Positions 1 to 8,341 of a stretch of DNA of 18,309 nucleotides are shown here, piece by piece. Under the pieces are notes generated by a model. The model was not told where the DNA came from. It saw only the letters and a program-made list of their open reading frames with translations, and did no database searches. Made by a program: the position numbers and the translations under genes. The stretch comes from Gemmatimonadota bacterium (GTDB lineage Bacteria; Latescibacterota; UBA2968; UBA8231): NCBI GenBank assembly GCA_038128265.1, contig JAYPJE010000072.1, positions 1 through 18,309 of the forward strand, given 5' to 3'. Positions within the stretch are counted from its first letter, which is position 1, and each line of letters opens with the position of its first letter.

Positions 1-2
1 GG

Positions 3-452
3 CCCGATGTGGGCACCTATACGGCCAACGACCTCTACCACTGCACCTTTGTAAAAACGCTGACCAATCTGACGGAGCTGGGACCGGACGACGGCGGCAC
101 CGTCTGCATTGCCGGCAGCCACAAGGTGGGCGGACCGCGCGAGGCCATTATCGAAGCGGCCTATGGCGATCCCTCGCTCATACACCAAGTCGTTGCCCCG
201 GCCGGTTCGACCCTGCTCTTTGGCGAGGCGCTGATCCACGCCACCGGTCAGATCCGCTCCGACCGCGAGCGCTGCATCGTCATCGGCGGCTACACGCCGA
301 CGATGTTCCAGGCATGGAACGGCCAGGAGCCCAGCGCCGAATTTGTCGAGCAAACGCCCGACCACTTAAAACCGCTCATTTCGGGCAGCCACAAATGGCG
401 CTGGCAGCAGCGCCGCCGCACGCTGGCCACACCCGCCGAGGACGCCCTATGA
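3..452 (+). CDS. Phytanoyl-CoA dioxygenase (PhyH) family Fe(II)/2-oxoglutarate dioxygenase, 5'-truncated
   Basis: Frame is open from the window edge. Motifs LTELGPDDGGTVCIAGSHK and APAGSTLLFGEALIHATG...RSDRER match the C-terminal half of PhyH (GSH, distal His, 2OG-binding Arg). The HxD motif would lie upstream of the window. Confidence 0.85.
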   Translation, partial: PDVGTYTANDLYHCTFVKTLTNLTELGPDDGGTVCIAGSHKVGGPREAIIEAAYGDPSLIHQVVAPAGSTLLFGEALIHATGQIRSDRERCIVIGGYTPTMFQAWNGQEPSAEFVEQTPDHLKPLISGSHKWRWQQRRRTLATPAEDAL

Positions 453-1354
453 ACCGAGACCTTTGCTCCGACTGGTTGGTCGGCGGCACGCTGACGGCAA
501 CCAGCGGCATCCACGTAATTCAGGGCCCCGGCCTCTACGCCGGCGCACCGGGCGGCGCGTGGACGCGCGTCGGATATAACCAGGCCATGACCTTTCGCCT
601 GCTGCGCGACGAAACGCGCGTGGTGCTGAGCGCCAACCACGGCCTCTACGCCTGGGAGCGCAGCGCGGCGCGCTGGATTCAGCTACACGACGAAACGCTG
701 ACGGAGATTCTGGCCATTGCCCCTGGCAGCGGCGATCCCGGCTTACTAGCCGGCTGCCCCTACGGCGTGGCCACGGCCGCGCGCGATGCGCTGGGCGCGG
801 CGCGCTGGACCTTCCATTCCGACGCCCTCAGCCCCGACGAGCGCTACACCAACGCCCTGCTCGTAGACCCCAACAACGCGAGCCGCTGGCTGGCCGGCAG
901 CGAAGCCGGCGTCGTCGTCTATTCGGGCTCGGGCGCGCAGGCAACGCCGAGCAACCTATGGGACGTGCCGGTGCGCGCGCTCTACTACACCTGCGACCGC
1001 TTTTGGGCCGGCGCCGAGCGCGGCGGCATCTTCAGCAGCGAAGACGGACTGCACTGGGAGCGGATGGGCGGCGATATCGAAGGGGCCGTTTACGACATAG
1101 GCGAAGCCGACAACCGGCTCATCGCCGCCACCGGGCACGGCATCGTCGCCGGCGACGCGCAGGGACTCTGGCAGCGACTGGGACCGCGCATGCTCTTTGC
1201 CACGCTGGCCGTCGATCGCCGCGATCCACAGTGCTGGCTGGCCGGCGCCAGCCCCGGCGGCCTCTGGCACACGGCAGACGGCGGTCAGACCTGGAGCCAG
1301 CTCGACGGGTTCAAGCACGTGCGCGCCATACTGCCGCCCGAGGAGAACGCCTAA
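449..1354 (+). CDS. Asp-box/BNR-repeat beta-propeller protein (YCF48/WD40-like), function unknown
   Basis: ATG at 449 overlaps the upstream TGA (ATGA). Repeated blade-like units and Asp-box motifs SEDGLHWE and TADGGQTWS. The ORF-track start at 314 lies inside the upstream gene and is rejected. Confidence 0.75.
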   Translation: MNRDLCSDWLVGGTLTATSGIHVIQGPGLYAGAPGGAWTRVGYNQAMTFRLLRDETRVVLSANHGLYAWERSAARWIQLHDETLTEILAIAPGSGDPGLLAGCPYGVATAARDALGAARWTFHSDALSPDERYTNALLVDPNNASRWLAGSEAGVVVYSGSGAQATPSNLWDVPVRALYYTCDRFWAGAERGGIFSSEDGLHWERMGGDIEGAVYDIGEADNRLIAATGHGIVAGDAQGLWQRLGPRMLFATLAVDRRDPQCWLAGASPGGLWHTADGGQTWSQLDGFKHVRAILPPEENA

Positions 1355-3153
1355 TGGACCAGCTTGCATACAATGCCGCGGTAGACGCGCGCGCCCGGCA
1401 GATTCTCGACTCGGCGCACGCCGAAGGACGCGACCGCGGGCTGTGGGCAGCCCATGCACTCATGCCGCACGGACCGAGCGAAGAGGACATCGTCGACATC
1501 ATACGCAGCGGACTGTGGCGCCAGGCCGAATGCCCAGCGCGCGACCTGCTCGGCGGCCCCTTTGAAATTCTGCCCTGCATGCTCTTTCTGTGCCGATGGG
1601 AAAACCAGCTGCCCGACAGCGCCGTTGCCCTGATACGCGACTTTATGACGGAAGCCCACCTAGAGCGCGGCAACACGGAAAACCACTGGCTCATGGCCTA
1701 TACCGGCATCCTGCTGGCCGCCGAGCGCTGGCCGGACGCCGAGTTTGCCTGGTCCGGCCTGTCGGCCGCGGCCATTGCCGCCGAAGCCAAGCGCTGGATT
1801 GGCGGCATTATTGAGCGCACCGCGCTGCAGGGTCATCACGAATACGACTCGACCGGCTACCACATCGAGCACATGACGGCCTACATCGGTCTCTACGAAC
1901 ACGTGCGGGACGAGGCGCTGCGCGCGCAGGTCGAAAAGATGCTCACCCTCCTAGTGGCCGATATGGCGCTGGAGTACTTTAACGGCGCCTGGGCCGGCGG
2001 CCACTCGCGCGAGGGCTATCGCCAGAACACCTGGACGCGCTTGGGCGGCATCCAGCCCTTGCAATATCTCTACTTCGGCGGCATCGACTTTGATCCGGTC
2101 TCGCATACGCAGGGCTTTGCCATCCCATCGGTGGCAGCAAGCTACAGACCGCCGGCGCTCTTTGCCGATATGGCGTGGGACCGCAGCGCCGCACACATCG
2201 TAAAAAAGACCAAGGCGCCGCGCACGATCTACCGCCAAGCGCGCGAAGATGCGCGGCCGGTGCGCAAGTACACCTATATGAGCCGCCACTTTGCGCTGGG
2301 CTCGACGCAGGTGGGCCTGCCGGGTAATCAAGCTGGCCCCATCGACCTGGTGTCCTGGGACCTAACCTGGGACGGGCCCAACCACCAGGCGACGATCGTC
2401 TGCAACCACCCCTATCGCAGCCCCGATCGCTTTAGCGCCTTTCTCAACGGCTTTCCCCAGCACATTGGCCGCGCCATTTCCACCGACAAGCCCTACCTGC
2501 AGTGGCCCGACCGCCTGTTTGGCGCCTCGCCCTACGAGCGCATGCTGCAGCACGAGGGCTGCGTCGTCGTGCTCTACGACATTCCGGCGACCGACGACCA
2601 TCCCTTTGTCAACGTCTTCCTGCCCAGCGGCCACGCCTGGCGCGAACGAGACGGCTGGCTCTTTGCCGACCTCGGCACATTCTACGTCGGTCTGCGCCCA
2701 ATCGGGCCCTACGAGTGGACGGCCATTCGCGAAGCCAACAACGCCAATATCCTCGTGCGCGAGGGCGACCTAATCGACGGCTGGCTGCTGCGCATCCACA
2801 GCGCTCAGGCCGGCCTCATTTTGGAAGCAATCGAAGCGGACGAAACAGAGGGATTTGACGCCTTTTGCGCGGCGCGCAGCGCGCGGCAGCCCGATCTGAG
2901 CCAGTGGCCCTCTAACGGACGCGTGCAGGTGCAGACGACGACGGGGCACGCACTCGACATCGCGCACGGCGGCGCGCACCGCATAGACGGTCAGGTCGTC
3001 GACTACGATGCCTACCCGCTCTACGAAGCGCCTGGGGTCGAGGCGCCGCTGGGCACGGGCAAGGTGCGCTTTGCCCGCGGCGACGATTCGGTAGAAGTGG
3101 ACTTTGCTATCGACCCGGCCAAGGCGCTGCTGCCGATGCGCGTTATCGGCTGA
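1354..3153 (+). CDS. Uncharacterised 599-aa protein, possibly a heparinase II/III / polysaccharide-lyase-like alpha-toroid plus beta-sandwich
   Basis: TAATG stop/start overlap at 1352-1356 and AGGAGA RBS at 1341-1346. Helical-looking N-half with GNTENHWLM and HHEYDSTGYH motifs; beta-rich C-half. The CDS is secure; the fold call is inference. Confidence 0.6.
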   Translation: MDQLAYNAAVDARARQILDSAHAEGRDRGLWAAHALMPHGPSEEDIVDIIRSGLWRQAECPARDLLGGPFEILPCMLFLCRWENQLPDSAVALIRDFMTEAHLERGNTENHWLMAYTGILLAAERWPDAEFAWSGLSAAAIAAEAKRWIGGIIERTALQGHHEYDSTGYHIEHMTAYIGLYEHVRDEALRAQVEKMLTLLVADMALEYFNGAWAGGHSREGYRQNTWTRLGGIQPLQYLYFGGIDFDPVSHTQGFAIPSVAASYRPPALFADMAWDRSAAHIVKKTKAPRTIYRQAREDARPVRKYTYMSRHFALGSTQVGLPGNQAGPIDLVSWDLTWDGPNHQATIVCNHPYRSPDRFSAFLNGFPQHIGRAISTDKPYLQWPDRLFGASPYERMLQHEGCVVVLYDIPATDDHPFVNVFLPSGHAWRERDGWLFADLGTFYVGLRPIGPYEWTAIREANNANILVREGDLIDGWLLRIHSAQAGLILEAIEADETEGFDAFCAARSARQPDLSQWPSNGRVQVQTTTGHALDIAHGGAHRIDGQVVDYDAYPLYEAPGVEAPLGTGKVRFARGDDSVEVDFAIDPAKALLPMRVIG

Positions 3154-3167
3154 GCGCAGCGAGCGGC

Positions 3168-3947
3168 ATGGCGCAACCCCAATACATCGTCGACGCGTTT
3201 ACCGACGCGGTGTTTGCGGGCAATCCAGCGGCGGTGTGTCCTCTGGACCAGTGGCTACCCGAAGCGACTATGGCGGCCATCGCCCGCGAGAACAACCTCT
3301 CGGAGACGGCGTTTATCGTCGGCACAGACGGCACCTATGCCATTCGCTGGTTTACGCCCGCTGTAGAGGTCGACCTCTGCGGACACGCGACGCTGGCGGC
3401 CGCCTTTGTCGTGTTTAACTTCCTCGAACCCGAGCGGACGGCCGTTTCCTTCCAGAGCGCGAGTGGATCGCTCCAGGTCGAGCGCCGCGGCGATCTGCTC
3501 GTCCTCGATTTCCCCGCCCGGCCCGGCGAGCGCGTGGAATGCCCGCCGGCGTTGGCCGATGGGCTCGAGCTATCCCCCGCAGAGACCTTCCTAGCGCGCG
3601 ATTATCTGGTCATCGTCGACTCCCATCAACAGGTCGCCCAGTGCCAGCCGGTGTGGTCTCTGCTACAGGACCTGCCATCCTTTGGCATTATTGTTTCGGC
3701 GCCCGGGCCCGACTGCGACTTTGTCTCGCGCGCGTTCTTTCCAACCGACGCCATCTTAGAAGACCCCGTCACCGGCTCGGCCCACTGCACGCTCATTCCC
3801 TACTGGTCGGCGCGGCTGGGCAAGCGCCAGCTGCACGCCCGCCAGATTTCGGCGCGCGGCGGCGAGCTGTTTTGCGAGCATGCGGGTGAACGCGTGCACA
3901 TAGGCGGCCACGCCGTGCTCTTCAGCAAGGCGCACATTTTTATCTAA
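3168..3947 (+). CDS. PhzF family (diaminopimelate-epimerase fold) isomerase
   Basis: Motifs VDAFTDAVFAGNPAAV, NLSETAF, RWFTPAVEVDLCGHATLA, EDPVTGSAH and SARGG are characteristic of PhzF/YddE proteins. Confidence 0.95.
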   Translation: MAQPQYIVDAFTDAVFAGNPAAVCPLDQWLPEATMAAIARENNLSETAFIVGTDGTYAIRWFTPAVEVDLCGHATLAAAFVVFNFLEPERTAVSFQSASGSLQVERRGDLLVLDFPARPGERVECPPALADGLELSPAETFLARDYLVIVDSHQQVAQCQPVWSLLQDLPSFGIIVSAPGPDCDFVSRAFFPTDAILEDPVTGSAHCTLIPYWSARLGKRQLHARQISARGGELFCEHAGERVHIGGHAVLFSKAHIFI

Positions 3948-3958
3948 GTGGGAACGGT

Positions 3959-4495
3959 TTGAGTAACATTACCATTCGGAGAGAAAGCACCGAAGACTAC
4001 GCGGCCATCCGCGCCCTCATTGTCGAGACGTTCAGCGCGGCCTACGGCTCGGGTAATCTGGAAGCAGACCTCGTCGAACGGCTGCGTGCACAGACGGCGT
4101 TCGGGGCCAATATCTCCCTGGTCGCCCTGCAGGACGATCAGCCCGTCGGACACATCTTTTTCAGCGGCGTGCGGATCGTAGATTATCCACACATACCCGC
4201 ATGCGCGCTGGCACCGCTCTGCGTAGCGCACTCTTTGCAGCGGCAAGGTATCGGCTCTAGGCTGGTGCAGCAGGGACTTTTGGCCTGCCATGGAGCCGGC
4301 TATAGGGCCGCCTTTGTTCAGGGTAGCCTAGCGTATTACGCGCGGTTCGGTTTTGCCCCTATTGACCAGTATCAGCTGCACACCGTCTTTCTGTCAGATC
4401 ACGATATGGCGTTGGCGCTCGAAGAGGGTGCCTTGGATTCGGTGTCTGGGCAGGTCGACTATCCCCCACCTTGGGATCAGCTAAGAGACATGTGA
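3959..4495 (+). CDS. GNAT family N-acetyltransferase (YhbS-like)
   Basis: TTG start. ITIRRE, EADLVERLR, VGHIFFS, LAPLCV, the acetyl-CoA motif A QRQGIGSRL, and YYARFGF. Confidence 0.88.
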   Translation: MSNITIRRESTEDYAAIRALIVETFSAAYGSGNLEADLVERLRAQTAFGANISLVALQDDQPVGHIFFSGVRIVDYPHIPACALAPLCVAHSLQRQGIGSRLVQQGLLACHGAGYRAAFVQGSLAYYARFGFAPIDQYQLHTVFLSDHDMALALEEGALDSVSGQVDYPPPWDQLRDM

Positions 4496-4561
4496 TACGG
4501 CGGCGCTCCAAGGCCGCCGTGTCCATGCCCCAATGCAGTGCACCGTTTTAAAGGCTATCCC

Positions 4562-4951
4562 ATGACGGAAAAACCTTCGTTCCGAGCCGCATTTCCCTAC
4601 CAAAAAGATGTCCTCGCCCTGCCGGTCAGCGACCTAGATACAGCAGCCCAGTGGTATGCAGCCCACTTTGGTTTGGTCGAAGTCGAGCGCAAAGAGGCAC
4701 CCGTGCCAACAGTTCTGCTCGAGCGCGACGGCGTCCAGATCGGCTTTGCCGTCAACGGCGGCGACCCCACGCAGGATGGCGCCGCCATTTTGGTCCACCG
4801 TATTCGCGACATTAAAGAAGAGTTGGAAGCCAAGGGGGTCGAAATTGGCAACTGGCGTATCGACGAGCGCGACGGCCAAAAACTGCAGGTTTTCTTTGCA
4901 ATCGCCCCGGATGGCTTGTGCTATTATTTTCACGAACCCATCCTGCCATAG
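4562..4951 (+). CDS. VOC (glyoxalase/bleomycin-resistance) family protein
   Basis: LPVSDLDTAAQWYAAHFGL at the N-terminus and FFAIAPDGLCYYFHE at the C-terminus match the VOC pattern. ATG at 4562 is preferred over GTG at 4538. Confidence 0.8.
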   Translation: MTEKPSFRAAFPYQKDVLALPVSDLDTAAQWYAAHFGLVEVERKEAPVPTVLLERDGVQIGFAVNGGDPTQDGAAILVHRIRDIKEELEAKGVEIGNWRIDERDGQKLQVFFAIAPDGLCYYFHEPILP

Positions 4952-5136
4952 AGTGCTGCCAAACGGAGTCACGCCGCCGATTCACATTGGCACACCTGCG
5001 GTATTTGAGCAATCGGCTTTTATACAAATTTTTTGTTTTTTTTGCGCGATTTTGGTTCGAAAACTACCTTCTATCCGTGTGTATGATTTATGATCCATTG
5101 TGCCCTAATCAATTGCGTGCCAACCCACTGTAGGCG

Positions 5137-6369
5137 ATGAACCCTGACACCCTCGAGCAAAACGACCAAATAGACCGCCTCGTTTTAGACGAGGCGAACG
5201 CAATCCGGCTGCGCGTTGCCAAGGCTTCCTTTTTGGCAATGTCGGTTATCGCAATCCTCGCCTTAACGGCTAGCTTGTATCGAGTAGTTGATATCGGCTT
5301 TCAGCCCGTCATGGTCGTCCATGTAATTGTTGCCATGTTCATCTGGTCCGTAGCCATCTTACGCAACACGCTCTCCTATCAATTCCTATCGCGGAGCCTG
5401 GTGATAATCCACGTATTCATCGGATTGACTGGAATTGCCCTGTTCGGCATCGTATCGGGGGGCATCGGCTATGCTTTAATCTCAGCACCGCTCGCCGCAA
5501 TTTTTTGCGGTCGCCGCGAAGCCATCACAATCATATCGTTCTTGGCATGCACGACCACTGCCATCGGTATGCTATTTGTCGGTGGGCACCTATCCTACCC
5601 GTTCGACGTGCACGAATACGCGTTGACTGCTACGGGATGGGCCTTATCGCTGGTCGCCCTATTTATTACCTCTTCAACGCTAACCGCTGGTTTGGTAATT
5701 TTTAACGATGGACTGTTCGATACTCTGTCCACGTCAAAAAAGCAGGAAGTCGCTTTACAAACGAGTGAAATGCGCTTGAGTCTAGCGGTCGAAGGTAGTC
5801 AATTGGGCTTTTGGGATTGGAATGCCGTTACAAACGAAGTCTACTTTTCGCGATCCTGGAAAGAGATGCTGGGATTCTCTGAGAGGGAAATAGGAAATGA
5901 CTTATCGGAATGGGATAAGCGCGTGCACCCCGATGACAAAGAGGCCGTATACGCCGACCTCAATGCCCACTTAGAGGGCAAGACGCCTTTTTACGAAAAC
6001 GAACACAGGATGCTGTGCAAGGATGGCTCCTACAAGTGGATTCTGGACCGCGGCCAGGTCATGGGCAGAACCGAAGACGGCAAACCGCTCCGCGTTGTGG
6101 GCACGCACTCAGACATTACGCAGCGAAAGGACGCTGAGTTAAAAAATCGTCGTCTAGTGCAGGAACTACAGGCCGCACTCGACGACGTGCAAACCCTGAG
6201 TGGGCTGTTGCCCATTTGCGCCTCGTGTAAAAACATACGAGACGACAACGGCTATTGGAACAAAATTGAAACGTATATCAGCCGCCACTCAAAAGCAGAT
6301 TTTAGCCACGGCATTTGTCCCGACTGCGCTAAAAAGCTGTACCCAGATATCAACTTCGACGCAACGTAG
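5137..6369 (+). CDS. Membrane-anchored PAS/PAC sensor with a C-terminal CxxC...HxxCxxC putative Zn-binding module
   Basis: About 5-6 hydrophobic segments, then a PAS_3-type domain (LGFWDWN...WDKRVHPDD...EHRMLCKDGSYKWILDRG...VVGTHSDITQRK), a coiled coil, and LPICASCKNIRDDNGYW...FSHGICPDCAKKLYP. Confidence 0.85.
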   Translation: MNPDTLEQNDQIDRLVLDEANAIRLRVAKASFLAMSVIAILALTASLYRVVDIGFQPVMVVHVIVAMFIWSVAILRNTLSYQFLSRSLVIIHVFIGLTGIALFGIVSGGIGYALISAPLAAIFCGRREAITIISFLACTTTAIGMLFVGGHLSYPFDVHEYALTATGWALSLVALFITSSTLTAGLVIFNDGLFDTLSTSKKQEVALQTSEMRLSLAVEGSQLGFWDWNAVTNEVYFSRSWKEMLGFSEREIGNDLSEWDKRVHPDDKEAVYADLNAHLEGKTPFYENEHRMLCKDGSYKWILDRGQVMGRTEDGKPLRVVGTHSDITQRKDAELKNRRLVQELQAALDDVQTLSGLLPICASCKNIRDDNGYWNKIETYISRHSKADFSHGICPDCAKKLYPDINFDAT

Positions 6370-6445
6370 TCACCACGCTCATCCTGCGCGTCTTATATTG
6401 CATCCGGCGAGTGGATCGCCCAAATCCACACTTTTGAACAGCTCC

Positions 6446-6474
6446 TTGACACCGCTCCGTTCCCTACCCAAACT
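6446..6474 (+). promoter_or_regulatory. Putative sigma70 promoter for the enolase-family/cupin genes
   Basis: TTGACA (6446-6451), 17-nt spacer, CAAACT (6469-6474). The -35 is perfect and the -10 is 3/6. Confidence 0.45.
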
Positions 6475-6577
6475 AGCTCTATTCGCTCATAACTACTTCA
6501 CGTGGCCTAGCCGCTGACGCCTCCCGTATAAACGGGTGCACGGCCAGACCCGTCTACCAGCAAAGAGGACCCCATTC

Positions 6578-7831
6578 ATGACCGCTAAAGTAACCCATGT
6601 CGAGCGCTTCACGCTGCAAGTGCCCTTTGTCGATCGCGTGCGTTTAGAGATGGAGCGCGCCGGCATTCACACCTGGTCCGAACTCGAAATTACGCGCGTC
6701 GAAACGGACGCCGGCATTGTCGGCTGGGGTGAAACGATTCAGAACTATACCTGGGGACGCGTCAACAACCACGAGCGCGTCGTTGGCCGTACCCCATTCG
6801 AGACGATGTGGGACGACAGCTTGGGCGCCGGCCTGCAGATGGCGCTCTTTGACGCGGCCGGCAAGCTGGCCGGCGTGCCGGTCTACCGCCTGCTGGGCAA
6901 CAAATGCCGCGACTGGTGCGCCATTTCGTTTTGGGACCACGATATGTCGCCGGAGAAGTACGAAATCGAGGCGCGCACCGCCGTTGAATTGGGCTATACC
7001 TGTATGAAAATCAAAACGCGGCCGTGGTTTGACGTCTACGAGACCATTCGCCGCATCTCCGAAGCGACCCCCGACCACTTCCGCATCGACGCCGATTGGA
7101 ACGCCTTTCTCAACAACGCCTCTAACGCAATCCCCATTCTGCGCGAATTGGAGCGCACCTTTCCCAAGATCAAGATCTTCGAAGATCCCATTCCGCGCGA
7201 AGACGCCTCGGGCAACCGCTACCTGCGCACGCAGATTGAGAGCGCTATCGCCCACCACTACGGCGTCATCGGCCCGCGCGAGGGCATCGAAATGGGCGGC
7301 GTTTGCGACGGCTACGTGCTCGGCGGCGGCGTTTCGCAGATTATGCGCCAGGGCAGCACCGCCGGTGCGCTCAATATGCCGTTCTTTCTGCAGATGGTCG
7401 GCGCCGGTCCGACCACGGCGCTCTCGCTGCACCTGAGCGCCGTGCTAACGCACGCCCAGTGGCCGACCATTACCTGCCACGAGCTCTACGAGCACCATCT
7501 GCTGACGGAGCGCATTCCCGTCGTCGGCGGCCACGCCCAAGTGCCGGAAGCGCCCGGATTGGGCGTCGAAATGGACGAACACATCCTAGCGAAATACCGC
7601 GTCGAAAAGGCCGATCACGCGCTGCCGCGCCGCTTGATCAAAACCACGCGGCCGGGCGGGATCTGCGTCTACTTTACCAACAACGGCCAGGTCTGGAACT
7701 TCTTTGGCAAGGGCAACCAGCCGGTCGACGACTGGGGCTGCAACACGGTGCTGGTCGACGACGACGGCAGCGGCGACTTTGCCGATCTCTTTGAGCGCGC
7801 TAGCCAATCGCCCGTTATTACGCGCGAGTAA
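6578..7831 (+). CDS. Mandelate racemase/muconate-lactonizing enzyme (enolase superfamily) protein
   Basis: AGAGGA RBS at 6564-6569. Motifs RVETDAGIVGWGE, MALFDAAGKLAGVPVYRLLG, KxK (MKIK), FEDP and VPEAPGLGVEMDE. Confidence 0.9.
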   Translation: MTAKVTHVERFTLQVPFVDRVRLEMERAGIHTWSELEITRVETDAGIVGWGETIQNYTWGRVNNHERVVGRTPFETMWDDSLGAGLQMALFDAAGKLAGVPVYRLLGNKCRDWCAISFWDHDMSPEKYEIEARTAVELGYTCMKIKTRPWFDVYETIRRISEATPDHFRIDADWNAFLNNASNAIPILRELERTFPKIKIFEDPIPREDASGNRYLRTQIESAIAHHYGVIGPREGIEMGGVCDGYVLGGGVSQIMRQGSTAGALNMPFFLQMVGAGPTTALSLHLSAVLTHAQWPTITCHELYEHHLLTERIPVVGGHAQVPEAPGLGVEMDEHILAKYRVEKADHALPRRLIKTTRPGGICVYFTNNGQVWNFFGKGNQPVDDWGCNTVLVDDDGSGDFADLFERASQSPVITRE

Positions 7832-7915
7832 CGCACTTATCTATTGCGGCGGTGCTTTAGGTTGGCAGTCGCTCTTCCACACCGCTCTTCTACCACGCTA
7901 GCTAGGAGTCACACC

Positions 7916-8269
7916 ATGTCCGTCCGCCACGCCGACCAACTGCCTTTTGAAGAGGTAGGAGGCGGCAAAGACACCCAACGCCAGGTGCTCATCGGCTCCC
8001 AACAGGGACCGCACTTTGCTATGCGCCGCTTTGTCATGCAGCCCGGCGGCGGCATGCCGCGGCACACCAACACCGTCGAGCACGAGCAGTACGTCCTGCG
8101 CGGCTGCGCCACCATCGGCATCGGTGACAAAGAGTTCCAAGTGCAGCAGGACGACGTCGTCTACATTCCCGCCGGCGTGCCGCACTGGTACCGGGCCGAG
8201 GGCGAAGAGCCCTTTGAGTTTCTCTGCATGGTGCCCAACCTGCCCGACGAAATCGAAGTGCTCGAATAG
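7916..8269 (+). CDS. Cupin_2 domain protein
   Basis: AGGAG RBS at 7904-7908. Cupin motif 1 PGGGMPRHTNTVEHEQYVLRG and motif 2 DDVVYIPAGVPHWY. Confidence 0.92.
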   Translation: MSVRHADQLPFEEVGGGKDTQRQVLIGSQQGPHFAMRRFVMQPGGGMPRHTNTVEHEQYVLRGCATIGIGDKEFQVQQDDVVYIPAGVPHWYRAEGEEPFEFLCMVPNLPDEIEVLE

Positions 8270-8281
8270 AGGACCGCATAC

Positions 8282-8313
8282 AAAAATCCCCGGTCCATTT
8301 TGGACCGGGGATT
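8282..8313 (-). terminator. Rho-independent terminator between the convergent cupin and isomerase genes
   Basis: Perfect inverted repeat AATCCCCGGTCCA (8285-8297) / TGGACCGGGGATT (8301-8313). The A-run at 8282-8286 gives a U-tract on the minus strand; it may act bidirectionally. Confidence 0.8.
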
Positions 8314-8341
8314 GGGCACTGTTTGCCGTGTTGAACGCGAG

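Noticed and set aside
958..1353. Arg-rich N-terminal extension of the 731-aa ORF
   Set aside because: It overlaps the beta-propeller gene out of frame and has shadow-frame composition. The RBS and TAATG coupling support a start at 1354.
3168..3947. Phenazine biosynthesis cluster
   Set aside because: Only a PhzF-fold gene is present; there is no phzA/B/D/E/G.
4497..4520. Hairpin ACGGCGGC/GCCGCCGT between the GNAT and VOC genes
   Set aside because: An 8-bp stem with no U-tract and no second copy in the window; cannot be called a terminator or REP element.
7870..7890. Direct repeat CGCTCTTC x2 upstream of the cupin
   Set aside because: Two 8-mers only; compatible with chance and not a CRISPR or tandem array.
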